Source: Geobacter metallireducens GS-15
Lineage (GTDB): Bacteria > Desulfobacterota > Desulfuromonadia > Geobacterales > Geobacteraceae
NCBI RefSeq assembly: GCF_000012925.1
Contig: NC_007517.1
Location: 2,340,001-2,372,000 of the forward strand
Length of the DNA stretch: 32,000 nt
Reading direction: 5' to 3'
Positions 22,565 through 31,997 of the stretch are shown here, piece by piece; positions within the stretch are counted from its first letter, which is position 1, and each line of letters starts with the position of its first letter. The position numbers and the translations under genes were made by a program. The notes under the pieces were generated by a model. That model was not told the origin of the DNA. It worked only from the letters and a program-made list of their open reading frames with translations, and searched no databases.

Positions 22565-24289
22565 TCAAGCATTGCCCCCTATTACCGCCACCTCTCCTTC
22601 ATGCAGCCGGTTCAATCGGTAGGCAAACTGACGCCGGGTCAGGCCGAGTTTCCTGGCAGCCGAGGCAAGATTGCCGCCGGTCTTGCTCACAGCGGTTTCA
22701 ATCAACATGGCCTCCAGCTGATCCAGCGTCATGGCGCCACTGAAAACCATCTCGCAAATTTCTTCAGCGCCTTTCCCGCGCCTGCCGTTAAGATCGCCGT
22801 TGCCGTCGAGCCCGAGTTCATGGGCATGCTCGTCGCCGCTGGCCGAAAACATATGCTCCAGCTCGATGCGGGTGCCGCTTGGGGCAAGAATGACGCCACG
22901 CTCAATCATGTTCTGCAGTTCGCGAATGTTGCCCGGCCAGGGATATGCCAGGAGCGAGCGTTTGGCCTTATCGGTGAAGCCACGCAGTTTCTTGCCGTGG
23001 ATCGCGGAATATTTTTCCAGGAAACGTCGGGCAAGCAGTGAAATATCCTCCTTGCGCTCCCTGAGAGGGGGGATGTTGATCTGGAAGGCATTGAGCCGAT
23101 AATAGAGGTCCGACCGGAACCTCCCCTCCTGGACCAGTTGCTTCAGATCGATGTTGGTCGCTGCCACCAAGCGCACATTGACCTTACGGGTTTTATGGTC
23201 GCCGACGCGTTCGAGCTCACCTTCCTGCAAGACACGCAAGAGCTTGGCCTGCGCCGAAAGGGGCAAATCACCCACCTCGTCGAGAAACAACGTACCGCCG
23301 TTTGCCCGTTCGAAGCGCCCGGCACGGGCCGTTACTGCCCCGGTATAGGCACCCTTTTCAACGCCGAACAACTCGGATTCCACCAGATCATGGGGAATTG
23401 CCGCACAGTTTATGGCGATGAAGGGTTCTTTGTTGCGGGCACCACTGGCGTGGAGGGTCCGGGCGAACACCTCTTTGCCAACGCCGGTCTCCCCCAGGAG
23501 CAGCACCGTAATCTGACTTTTGGCCGCCTGCTGGAGCAAATCATAGGCCGCCCGGAAGACCTTTGAATTGCCGACAACGTCTTCGGGAAGCTTTTCCTTT
23601 TTGTTTATGGCGGAGCGGAGCTGTATCACCTGGGTCTGCAGGTCAATGAGCTGCTCGGCAATGGACTCCCGACTGAAAAGACGCGCATAGTCACGTGCGT
23701 CATCCCATTCATCGATCGGCTTGCCGATGATGCGGCAATGAGTATCTCCCATCCCTATGCATTCCACTTCCTTGTACAAAATCGGTCGTCCCATGAAGGC
23801 CGTCGAGTAGCCGCAGGCGTAACCGATCTGACTCCAGCAGACCGGCTCGGAACAGGCTCCATAGTGGCGCTTGTGCCATTGGCCTTCCCATGAGTTCTCC
23901 CAGATAAATTCGCCGTAGAAGCTTCCTGTTGTTCGATCAAAGTCAACCTTGACCGGTGTTACATTTGCTTCTCCCTCCAGCTTATGGAGCATTGGCCCGG
24001 TCATAAAAAGTTCCACATCCGTCGCGCCCTCAACGCGCGTACAGACGAGTTCGGCATCGTGCATGCCGGCCGCGTACCCCATGCGCGTGAGCAGCCCCTG
24101 TACGCGCTCTATGCCGAGCGTATCAATCAGCTCCCTCCGCAGAGTGGCCTGCGCCTCGGCATGCACCAGGAGCATGCGATGCTCGTGCAGCCAAATATTC
24201 CCTGATTCCCTACAGAAATGCACCCGTCCGAGGAGATCGCCGTCCGTCAATGTGCAGCCAGGCTTATCGGAACGTCGCTGTTTAGTCAT
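22565..24289 (-). CDS. Sigma54-dependent transcriptional activator of the XylR/DmpR (NtrC-family, aromatic-sensing) type, 574 aa
   Basis: The N-terminal XylR_N/V4R-like sensing region has conserved Cys and Trp ([12 protein letters not shown]...[11 protein letters not shown]). The AAA+ sigma54-interaction core carries [14 protein letters not shown] (a GAFTGA variant) and ESELFG. The C-terminal Fis-type HTH reads [16 protein letters not shown]. Confidence 0.9.
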   Translation of the reverse strand: MTKQRRSDKPGCTLTDGDLLGRVHFCRESGNIWLHEHRMLLVHAEAQATLRRELIDTLGIERVQGLLTRMGYAAGMHDAELVCTRVEGATDVELFMTGPMLHKLEGEANVTPVKVDFDRTTGSFYGEFIWENSWEGQWHKRHYGACSEPVCWSQIGYACGYSTAFMGRPILYKEVECIGMGDTHCRIIGKPIDEWDDARDYARLFSRESIAEQLIDLQTQVIQLRSAINKKEKLPEDVVGNSKVFRAAYDLLQQAAKSQITVLLLGETGVGKEVFARTLHASGARNKEPFIAINCAAIPHDLVESELFGVEKGAYTGAVTARAGRFERANGGTLFLDEVGDLPLSAQAKLLRVLQEGELERVGDHKTRKVNVRLVAATNIDLKQLVQEGRFRSDLYYRLNAFQINIPPLRERKEDISLLARRFLEKYSAIHGKKLRGFTDKAKRSLLAYPWPGNIRELQNMIERGVILAPSGTRIELEHMFSASGDEHAHELGLDGNGDLNGRRGKGAEEICEMVFSGAMTLDQLEAMLIETAVSKTGGNLASAARKLGLTRRQFAYRLNRLHEGEVAVIGGNA

Positions 24290-24694
24290 TTTCCCACCTC
24301 ACCGCAAATTGGCACCAGAATCACTTTTTGAACCGTCATTTCATAACGATATTTTATTATCATTGCCTAATTTGATAGATTGTCAGATGAACCAGTTTCG
24401 TACCATACAAAAACGTCGTTATACATTTTACATGTACATGACGAATATGTCACGGCGAAATCCACCACACTGCCCGCCTCTCACCCAAGCCAGGGGCAAC
24501 AAACTACCGCCAAATCTCCGTTCCATCGCATTATGCACCGTTACCGCGGGGCCATGGCAAACGGTATCCCTGCCACGAGTTGACAAAATTGTCCAATTCC
24601 CGGCCGAGTAAACGAGAATAGTTACAAAATGGTCGACTGCCGAAAACAGGGGTCTGATCACCACTGACGATTCAGCCTGGGTTTCTTGCAGGCA

Positions 24695-24713
24695 ATTTGC
24701 GAAGCGCGCAAAT
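24695..24713. promoter_or_regulatory. Palindrome ATTTGCG-AAGCG-CGCAAAT about 95 bp upstream of the pps sigma54 promoter; candidate UAS
   Basis: The 7-bp arms are perfect. It is flanked by a direct TCAGCCTG repeat (24672-24679 and 24733-24740). Confidence 0.35.
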
Positions 24714-24797
24714 CGCTCATTAGCCAGATAAATCAGCCTGATTCGCTTAACACGTTCGATAGACCTGTTCGCCCCCCACTCATTACAAAACACTGTT

Positions 24798-24813
24798 TGG
24801 CACAGAGCATGCT
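24798..24813 (+). promoter_or_regulatory. Sigma54 (-24/-12) promoter of the pps/ppc operon: TGGCAC-AGAGC-ATGCT
   Basis: TGGCACAGAGCATGCT matches TGGCAC-N5-TTGCW at all core positions except one T. The predicted TSS is near 24824, about 100 nt upstream of ATG 24923. It is divergent from a sigma54 activator gene. Confidence 0.6.
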
Positions 24814-24922
24814 CATACCCCTCCCAAATGTCACACTCACCACAAACCAGAACCTTCGTCGACGGCAACGAGGCCTCGCATCACTAACCATGGAGCATCA
24901 ACGTACATTCGGGAGACACGCG

Positions 24923-26752
24923 ATGAAATTTCCAAAACCACATGATGTCAGGACAATCCCTGGAACAGAAGGTTGGGAGAGAATGTATCCGTACCAGTAC
25001 CAGTTCGTCACTGACGACCCGGAACGGATGACGTACGAGGCGCAATCCTTCTGGTTTTATGATGGACTCCACTATCCCGAACCGATCTACCCCTTCGACA
25101 CGATCTGGGATGAGGCCTGGTACCTGGGGTTGTCCCAGTACAACAACCGCATCTTCCAGGTGCCGCCGGTGCGCGGCGTCGACCACCGGATCATCAACGG
25201 CTACGTGTATATCTCGCCGGTTCCGGTAACAGACCCGGAAGAGGTAGGGAGCCGCGTACCCAACTTCATGGAGCGCGCGGGCTATTACTACAAAAACTGG
25301 AATGAGCTGGAGGCCAAGTGGGAACTGAAGATGAAAGGGATCATCAAGCAGATCGAAGAACTGCCGATCCCCAGCCTCCCCGATCTTGAAGATATCAGCG
25401 TGGTCACTGAAGGAATCGGCGAATCAAAGGGATTCCATCTGATCAAAGCCTACGACGACCTGATCAACCTGGGTATCCAGTGCTGGCAGTACCACTTCGA
25501 ATTCCTCAACCTCGGCTATGCCGCCTACGTCTTTTTTCTCGACTTCGTGCAAAAGCTCTTCCCGAGCATCCCGCTGCAGCGGGTGACCCAGATGATCGCC
25601 GGTATCGACGTGATCATGTACCGCTCCGACGACGAGCTGAAAAAACTGGCCAAGAAAGCCATCGAACTGGGGGTCGACCTGATCCTGACCAACTGCGGGG
25701 AGTGGCAGGATGCCGAGACCGCGCTGAAGGCGCATCCGAAGGGGAGGACCTGGCTGGATGCCCTGGAAGAGGCCCGGTATCCCTGGTTTCACGTCTCCAC
25801 CGGCACCGGCTGGTCCCACAGCGACAAGTCGTGGAACGACGACCTGAACATTCCGCTTTCCGGCATCGCCACCTATATCAATCAGCTCAGGCAGGGGATG
25901 GACATAGAACGGCCGATGGAAAAGGTGCGAGCCGAACGGGACCGGATCACCGAGGAGTACCGCGACCTCATTACATCGGACGAGGACCGCAAGACCTTCG
26001 ACGAACTGCTCGGCACCGCCAAGACGGTCTTCCCCTATGTGGAGAACCACCTCTTCTACGTCGAGCACTGGTTCCACACCGTGTTCTGGAGAAAAATGCG
26101 CGAAGTGGCGGCCATCATGAAAGAGCACGGCATGTTCGAGGACGTGGAGGATGTCTGGTATCTGCGCCGGGATGAAATCAAGCAGGGGCTGTGGGACATG
26201 GTCACCGCCTGGGCAACCGGCGTCAAGCCCCGGGGCACCGCGGTATGGCCCAAGGAGATCGCCTGGCGCAAAGGGGTGATGAAAAAGTTCCAGGAGTGGA
26301 GTCCGCCGCCGGCCGTCGGTATCCCCCCCGAAGTGATCCGGGAGCCGTTCACCATCGTGCTCTGGGGGGTCACCAACTCCTCCATCTCGGACTGGTCCGA
26401 AGTACAGGACATCTCCGATCCGGACAGCATCACCACCCTGAAAGGGTTTGCCGGCAGCCCCGGCGTGGTGGAGGGGAAAGCCCGGGTCTGCCGCAGCGCG
26501 GACGACATCCGCCTGCTGCAGGAGGGAGAAATTCTAGTGGCCCCCACCACCTCGCCCTCCTGGGCACCGGCCTTTGCCAGGATCAAGGGGGCAATCACCG
26601 ATGTGGGGGGAGTCATGAGCCACGCGGCAATCGTCTGCAGGGAATACGGCATGCCGGCGGTGGTCGGCACCGGCCACGCGACGAAGATCATCCGGACCGG
26701 CATGATGCTCCGGGTCGACGGCGCCACCGGCGTCGTCACCATAGACCGCTGA
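24923..26752 (+). CDS. ppsA: Phenylphosphate synthase alpha subunit type (PEP-synthase-like, carries the phospho-His swivel domain), 609 aa
   Basis: The C-terminal PEP-utilising mobile domain is present (GGVMSHAAIVCREYGMPAVVG). The N-terminus MKFPKPHDVRTIPGTEGWERMYPYQYQF resembles what I recall for PpsA. GGGAGA SD precedes ATG 24923. The 79 upstream codons of the track ORF cover the promoter and were discarded. Confidence 0.8.
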   Translation: MKFPKPHDVRTIPGTEGWERMYPYQYQFVTDDPERMTYEAQSFWFYDGLHYPEPIYPFDTIWDEAWYLGLSQYNNRIFQVPPVRGVDHRIINGYVYISPVPVTDPEEVGSRVPNFMERAGYYYKNWNELEAKWELKMKGIIKQIEELPIPSLPDLEDISVVTEGIGESKGFHLIKAYDDLINLGIQCWQYHFEFLNLGYAAYVFFLDFVQKLFPSIPLQRVTQMIAGIDVIMYRSDDELKKLAKKAIELGVDLILTNCGEWQDAETALKAHPKGRTWLDALEEARYPWFHVSTGTGWSHSDKSWNDDLNIPLSGIATYINQLRQGMDIERPMEKVRAERDRITEEYRDLITSDEDRKTFDELLGTAKTVFPYVENHLFYVEHWFHTVFWRKMREVAAIMKEHGMFEDVEDVWYLRRDEIKQGLWDMVTAWATGVKPRGTAVWPKEIAWRKGVMKKFQEWSPPPAVGIPPEVIREPFTIVLWGVTNSSISDWSEVQDISDPDSITTLKGFAGSPGVVEGKARVCRSADDIRLLQEGEILVAPTTSPSWAPAFARIKGAITDVGGVMSHAAIVCREYGMPAVVGTGHATKIIRTGMMLRVDGATGVVTIDR

Positions 26753-26773
26753 GAAAACCGGACAGAGGAGGCA

Positions 26774-27928
26774 ATGGACATGAGCACTGCAGTGAACATG
26801 CATGACAAAAGGTGGGGAAACAAGTACGGAACCGTCCGTTCGGCAGGGAAGGTCACGCCGCTGGTCTGCTGGTTCGAGGAGTGCCGGAAGGATTCGGTCC
26901 CCCTGGTGGGTGGGAAGTGTTCATCCCTCGGCGAGCTGATAAGCGCCGGCGTACGGGTCCCTCCCGGCTTTGCGCTCACCACCGAGGGGTATCGCCGCTT
27001 CATGACCGACGCCGGGATCGACCGGGAGATTCAATCCATGGTGTCCGGTCTCGACGCCGGTGACATGGAGGCACTGGAGAATACCAGCGGGGCGATCCGG
27101 GAAATGATCGAGGCCCACCCCTTCTCCGCCGAGATAGAAGACCTGGTGGCGGAGAGATACCGCAAGCTGGCGGTGCGCTCCTGCCTGCCGGCGGTGCCGG
27201 TGGCGGTCCGCTCCAGCGCCACGGCCGAGGACCTGCCCGGCGCGAGCTTTGCCGGCCAGCAGGACACCTACCTCTGGGTCCGTGGTGCGGACGAGGTGCT
27301 GCACAACATGCGGCGCTGCATCTCCAGCCTCTACACCGGCCGGGCGATAGCCTACCGGATCAACCAGGGGTATGCCGACGAGCAGGTGGCGATCAGCGTG
27401 GGGGTGCAGAAGATGGCCAACTCGTTCACCGCCGGGGTGATGTTCACCCTTCACCCGGGCAACGGCGACCGCTCGGTGATCGTCATCGACTCCAACTACG
27501 GGTTCGGCGAGTCGGTGGTTTCGGGGGAAGTGACCCCGGACAACTTCGTGGTCAACAAGATCACCATGGATATCCTGGAGCGGACCATTTCACAGAAGGA
27601 TATCTACTACACGGTGGACCAGAAGACCCAGGTGTCCCGCCCCATCGAGGTCCCGTTCGAGCGGCAGAAGGTACAGTCGCTCATGGACGACGAGATCACC
27701 GAACTGGCCAAGATGGGAAAGCTGATCGAAAAACATTACGGCCGCCCCATGGACATCGAATGGGCAGTGGACAAAGACCTCCCCTTCGGCGGCAACATCT
27801 TCATCCTGCAGGCGCGGCCGGAAACGGTCTGGAGCCAGAAACAGCAACCGCCGGGAGCAGCCAAGGGCGGCGCTTCCGCCATGGACTACATCCTGGCCAG
27901 CATGCTGGAAGGGAAGCGGCTGAACTAA
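26774..27928 (+). CDS. ppsB: Phenylphosphate synthase beta subunit type (PPDK_N / ATP-grasp nucleotide-binding domain), 384 aa
   Basis: The VAVRSSATAEDLPGASFAGQQDTYLWV and DIEWA motifs of the PEP synthase/PPDK N-terminal domain are present. GAGGAGG SD. Confidence 0.82.
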   Translation: MDMSTAVNMHDKRWGNKYGTVRSAGKVTPLVCWFEECRKDSVPLVGGKCSSLGELISAGVRVPPGFALTTEGYRRFMTDAGIDREIQSMVSGLDAGDMEALENTSGAIREMIEAHPFSAEIEDLVAERYRKLAVRSCLPAVPVAVRSSATAEDLPGASFAGQQDTYLWVRGADEVLHNMRRCISSLYTGRAIAYRINQGYADEQVAISVGVQKMANSFTAGVMFTLHPGNGDRSVIVIDSNYGFGESVVSGEVTPDNFVVNKITMDILERTISQKDIYYTVDQKTQVSRPIEVPFERQKVQSLMDDEITELAKMGKLIEKHYGRPMDIEWAVDKDLPFGGNIFILQARPETVWSQKQQPPGAAKGGASAMDYILASMLEGKRLN

Positions 27929-27980
27929 CCCCTCGGAAGCCCACGGTTGCTTCACAAAACCCAACAGATAAGGAGGCAGT

Positions 27981-29525
27981 ATGAGCACAACACAGCTTAA
28001 AGTGAAAGAGATCAACGAAGAACTCGACTCACGGCCCGCGGTACCCCCCATCAACGACATTCGCAGCTACATCGCAGCACTGGAAGCCCATGGGGTACTC
28101 CACCGCGTCAAGGCCGAAGTGGACTGGAAATTCGAACTTGCCCACATCTCCAAGGTGAATGAAGAGCAAAAGGGCCCGGCATTGCTCTATGAGAACGTCA
28201 AGGGGAACACTATCCCGGTTTTCACCAGCGCCTTCACCACCCCCGAACGTATCGCCATCTGCCTGGAACAGGACCCGTCCCTCTCCATGTGCCAGCTTTC
28301 CCGGAAATGGATGGAGCTGACCACCAAGCAGATGATCAAGCCGACCTTTGTCAAGAACCCGCCGGTCATGGAAAACATCATTGAAGAAAAAGATGTGGAC
28401 CTGGAAAACTTCCCCGCCCCCTGGTTCTATCCCGATGACGGCGGCCGCTTCTTCGGCACCTCCGGGTACCTGGTGACCCAGGACCCGGATACGGGCTGGA
28501 CAAACCTGGGCACCTATCGTTCCCAGATCCTGGGCAAGAACATCCTCGGCTCCCAGATCATCAGCGGCAAGCACGGCGACTTCCACATGAAAAAGTACCA
28601 GGAGCGGGGCGAGAAGATGCCGGTCGCCTACGTGGTGGGGGGCGATCCCATACTGTTTTTGGCCTCCTCCACCCTGGTCAGCGCCCAGACCGATGAATAC
28701 GACGTGGGGGGCGCCCTGCGCGGCCGTCCCATCGAAGTATTCAAGTCGGATCTTACCGGACTGACCCTGCCGGCCAACGCCGAGATCATCGTCGAAGGGT
28801 GGATGGATCCCGAGGAGTTGATGGAAGAAGGGCCGTTCGGCGAGTACACCGGCTATTACTCGGGCAACAAGATGAAGGACTATCCCAAGCCGGTCATCCG
28901 CGTGAAACGGATCATCCATCGCAACAAGCCGATCTTCTGGTCAACCACGGTCGGCAAGCCGATCAACGACACCCACATGGTCCAGTCCATCAACCGTACG
29001 GCCACCCTGTGGCACGACTTGGAGACCATGAAAGTGCCGGGCATCCAGAGCGTCTACTTCCCCGCTGCGGCCACCGGCCGTTTCTGGGTCGTCGCCTCGG
29101 TCAAGCAGATGTATCCGGGTCACTCGAACCACGTGGCCGATGCCATCAACGGCAGCACCACCGGTCACTACGGCGTCAAGGGGATCATCATCGTCGACCA
29201 TGACATAGCCGCCGACGACATGGATCGTGTCTGGTGGGCGCTGGCCGTACGTTTCGATCCGAAACGCTCAACCCAGATCATCACCCGCGGACGCTCTACC
29301 CCGCTCGACCCGGGCCTCCCCATCGAGGCGCGCGACGTGGTCAGCCGCATCATCCTGGATGCCACCATACCATACGAGTGGAAAAACAAGCCGAACGAGA
29401 TCTTCATGGATCGGACGGTGCTGCAGAAGGTTTCCGACCGCTGGAATGAATACGGCTTCACCGGCGCAAGCCCGGTCGCCGAGATGATCCCGCGTCTCAC
29501 CCGGCCGGAAGTGAAGAAAAAATAG
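27981..29525 (+). CDS. ppcB: UbiD-family (prFMN-dependent) carboxylase/decarboxylase, phenylphosphate carboxylase subunit type, 514 aa
   Basis: The UbiD signature EGPFGEYTGYY is present and the overall length fits the family. AAGGAGG SD. It lies directly downstream of ppsAB. Confidence 0.8.
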   Translation: MSTTQLKVKEINEELDSRPAVPPINDIRSYIAALEAHGVLHRVKAEVDWKFELAHISKVNEEQKGPALLYENVKGNTIPVFTSAFTTPERIAICLEQDPSLSMCQLSRKWMELTTKQMIKPTFVKNPPVMENIIEEKDVDLENFPAPWFYPDDGGRFFGTSGYLVTQDPDTGWTNLGTYRSQILGKNILGSQIISGKHGDFHMKKYQERGEKMPVAYVVGGDPILFLASSTLVSAQTDEYDVGGALRGRPIEVFKSDLTGLTLPANAEIIVEGWMDPEELMEEGPFGEYTGYYSGNKMKDYPKPVIRVKRIIHRNKPIFWSTTVGKPINDTHMVQSINRTATLWHDLETMKVPGIQSVYFPAAATGRFWVVASVKQMYPGHSNHVADAINGSTTGHYGVKGIIIVDHDIAADDMDRVWWALAVRFDPKRSTQIITRGRSTPLDPGLPIEARDVVSRIILDATIPYEWKNKPNEIFMDRTVLQKVSDRWNEYGFTGASPVAEMIPRLTRPEVKKK

Positions 29526-29537
29526 GACATCCAAGCA

Positions 29538-29563
29538 CTCCCTCCCCCCTGCGGGGGAGGGGG
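29538..29563 (+). other. Strong GC hairpin (11 bp including one G-U) in the 67-nt spacer between the UbiD-like and UPF0261 genes
   Basis: CTCCCTCCCCC (29538-29548) pairs with GGGGGAGGGGG (29553-29563) around the loop CTGC. No U-tract follows. Confidence 0.4.
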
Positions 29564-29592
29564 GACTTCCCGATCCCAAAGGAGTAGACACC

Positions 29593-30849
29593 ATGGCCCA
29601 GAAAAAGGGAATCGTCATCATCTGCAACCTGGACACCCGGGGCGAGGACATCATTTTCGTCAAACAGCTGATCGAGACGCGGGGGCACAACGCCTATTTC
29701 CTCGATTTCAGCATGGAGGAACCCCCTCCCTTTGCTGGCGATATCACCTGCGAGCACGTGGCCGAGCGCGGCGGCATGACCATCGAGGCGGTGCGCGAAT
29801 GCTACCGCTCTGACCGTGACCGGGCGATGGAAAACCAGATCAGGGGCGCCAGCGCCATCGTTGCCGACATGATGAAAGAAGGAAAGATCCAGGGGGTCTT
29901 TGGCGTTGGCGGCGGGACATCATCGCTCGTCGGCACCAGCGTCATGAAAGGGGTCCCCTTCGGGATCCCGAAGCTCATGGCCTCCCCCATGGCGGCGCAT
30001 CCGTCCTACGTGGGCAAATACGTGGGAACCCACGACATCACCATGCACCATACGGTGCTCGACGTGGTAAAAATGAACCCGCTCCTGAAGGCACAGATCA
30101 CCAATGCGGTGGGCGCCATCTGCGGCATGGTCGAGATGACCCAGGGGACGAACATCACCTTTGACAAGCCATGCGTCGCCATCTCCTCGTTCGGTTTCGG
30201 CGAAATGGCCGTGCAGACCGCCCTCGGCATGCTGGACGAGGCCGGTTTCACCCCTATCGTCTGCCATGCGCAGGGAAAGGGGGACAAGGCAATGGAGGAT
30301 ATGATCCGTGCCGGCGCCTTCCATGGCGTGCTGGACATCTGCACCGGCGGCATTGTCGAAAACCTCTTCAAGGGGAACCGGGACCCGGGGCCCGACCGGT
30401 TCATGGCAGCGGTGGAGACCGGCATTCCCATGGTGCTGGCCCCCTGCGGCCTCGATATCCTCTCCTATGGCGGGCGCCCCGACATGCTGGAGAAGACCAA
30501 GGACCGGCCCCAGTACGTGCAGGACTCCCTGAGGGTCCAGGTACGCACCACCGCCGACGAACTGCGCCAGGCCGCCGACGTGATTGCCGAACGGCTCAAC
30601 CGGGCCAACGGGGAGTGGACCTTCCTGATCCCCCTGAAAGGGTGGTCGTCCCAGGACCTTGAAGGACGGATCATCTACGATCCGGCCGCCGATGCCGCCT
30701 TCGTTGCCCGGCTGAAAGAAAAACTGGATGAACCGGAGCGGGTCAAGGAAGTCGATCTGCATCTCTACACGAAGGAATTCGCCCGGGTCGCCGTCGACGA
30801 GTTCGTGCGGCTGTACGAGGGAACGCCGGCCCAGGCAGTGGCCGGTTAA
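29593..30849 (+). CDS. UPF0261 / Tm-1-like ATP-binding-domain protein (418 aa), function unknown
   Basis: The N-terminal motif is IVIICNLDTRGEDIIFVKQLIE and a glycine-rich motif GVFGVGGGTSSLVGTSVM is present. The family assignment is from memory and needs HMM confirmation. AAAGGAG SD. Confidence 0.65.
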   Translation: MAQKKGIVIICNLDTRGEDIIFVKQLIETRGHNAYFLDFSMEEPPPFAGDITCEHVAERGGMTIEAVRECYRSDRDRAMENQIRGASAIVADMMKEGKIQGVFGVGGGTSSLVGTSVMKGVPFGIPKLMASPMAAHPSYVGKYVGTHDITMHHTVLDVVKMNPLLKAQITNAVGAICGMVEMTQGTNITFDKPCVAISSFGFGEMAVQTALGMLDEAGFTPIVCHAQGKGDKAMEDMIRAGAFHGVLDICTGGIVENLFKGNRDPGPDRFMAAVETGIPMVLAPCGLDILSYGGRPDMLEKTKDRPQYVQDSLRVQVRTTADELRQAADVIAERLNRANGEWTFLIPLKGWSSQDLEGRIIYDPAADAAFVARLKEKLDEPERVKEVDLHLYTKEFARVAVDEFVRLYEGTPAQAVAG

Positions 30850-30863
30850 AAGGAGAGTGCGCG

Positions 30864-31304
30864 ATGATAGTCCGCAACTGGATGCAAAACAACCCTCTTA
30901 CGATTTCGAGCGACACCCTGGCCTCTGAAGCAAAGCGGCTGCTTCTCGACAACAACCTGAATGCCCTGCTCGTGGTGGACAATGGACGTTTGCGCGGCCT
31001 GGTGACGCGGCACAATGTGATGCGCATGGGGCACTATGTCACGCGCACCCAGAATCCGGACGAAGTCAGTTTCTTCGTCAACCGGCTTAAGGTCAGGGAT
31101 TTCATGGTCCGCAATCCGGCCACCGTGGATGCGAACGACACCATGGAACACTGCCTTGAATACGGCAAGGAGCTGATGGTGGCCCAGTTTCCCGTCATGG
31201 AAAACGGTTCGGTGGTGGGAATCATATCCGCCAACGAGATCTTCCAACTGGCGGCCCATCTGTGCGGGACCATGGAAGCGGAGAAAATGCGGAAAGCGCA
31301 GTGA
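30864..31304 (+). CDS. CBS-pair domain protein (146 aa)
   Basis: There are two CBS repeats (VRNWMQNNPLTISSD...ALLVVDNGRLRGLVT and VRDFMVRNPATVDAN...FPVMENGSVVGIIS). AAGGAGA SD. Confidence 0.85.
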   Translation: MIVRNWMQNNPLTISSDTLASEAKRLLLDNNLNALLVVDNGRLRGLVTRHNVMRMGHYVTRTQNPDEVSFFVNRLKVRDFMVRNPATVDANDTMEHCLEYGKELMVAQFPVMENGSVVGIISANEIFQLAAHLCGTMEAEKMRKAQ

Positions 31305-31391
31305 TGCCGGGACCCGGTCCTGACGTCTCGGCAACGATTGCGGGATTATCCCGCCACCCCGTCAACGACAAACGGAGAAAGGAGCAAGACC

Positions 31392-31997
31392 ATGAGCCTT
31401 CCATTGGTAGTGGCAATCACCGGCGCAACAGGCGTGATCTACGGGGTGGAGATGCTGAACGTGCTGAAGGAACTGGGTCAGGAAACCCATCTCATCGTCA
31501 GCGAGGCCGCCGGCAAGAACCTAGAGATCGAGACATCATACTCCCTTGACGAGGTCCGGGCCTTGGCCGACGTCGTCTATGACAACAAGGATATCGGCGC
31601 CTCGGTGGCCAGCGGCTCGTTCCGCACCCGCGGCATGATCGTGGCTCCTTGCACCGTAAAGACGCTTTCGGCCATTGCCAACTCGTTCACCTACAACCTG
31701 GTGATACGCGCCGCCGATGTAACCCTGAAAGAACGGCGCCCCCTGGTGCTCATGGTGCGCGAAACACCTTTGCACAAGGGGCACCTGGAGCTCATGTCGC
31801 GCGCCACCGACTGCGGCGCCCAGATATTGCCGCCAATGCCGGCCTTCTACCACAAGCCGGAGTCAATCATGGACATCGTCCACCAGAGCATCGGCAAGGC
31901 TCTGGACCAGGTGGGGATCGAGCACAATCTCTTCAAGCGCTGGCACGGGGACAACCGGAAGGAGCAGGTTCGGGAGTCCCTCAGAATCGCCAATTAA
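31392..31997 (+). CDS. ubiX: UbiX-type flavin prenyltransferase (makes prFMN for UbiD enzymes), 201 aa
   Basis: VVAITGATGVIYG, MIVAPCTVKTLSAIA and PLVLMVRETPL are flavoprotein/UbiX motifs. ATG 31392 has AAAGGAG upstream. The track start at 31338 is TTG without an SD. Confidence 0.9.
   Translation: MSLPLVVAITGATGVIYGVEMLNVLKELGQETHLIVSEAAGKNLEIETSYSLDEVRALADVVYDNKDIGASVASGSFRTRGMIVAPCTVKTLSAIANSFTYNLVIRAADVTLKERRPLVLMVRETPLHKGHLELMSRATDCGAQILPPMPAFYHKPESIMDIVHQSIGKALDQVGIEHNLFKRWHGDNRKEQVRESLRIAN

Noticed and set aside
24541-24575. Other sigma54-like strings in the pps control region: TGGCAAACGGTATCCCTGC at 24554 and GGCAATTTGCG at 24691.
   Set aside because: The GG and GC dinucleotides are not at the canonical 10-nt spacing, so they do not fit a -24/-12 promoter.
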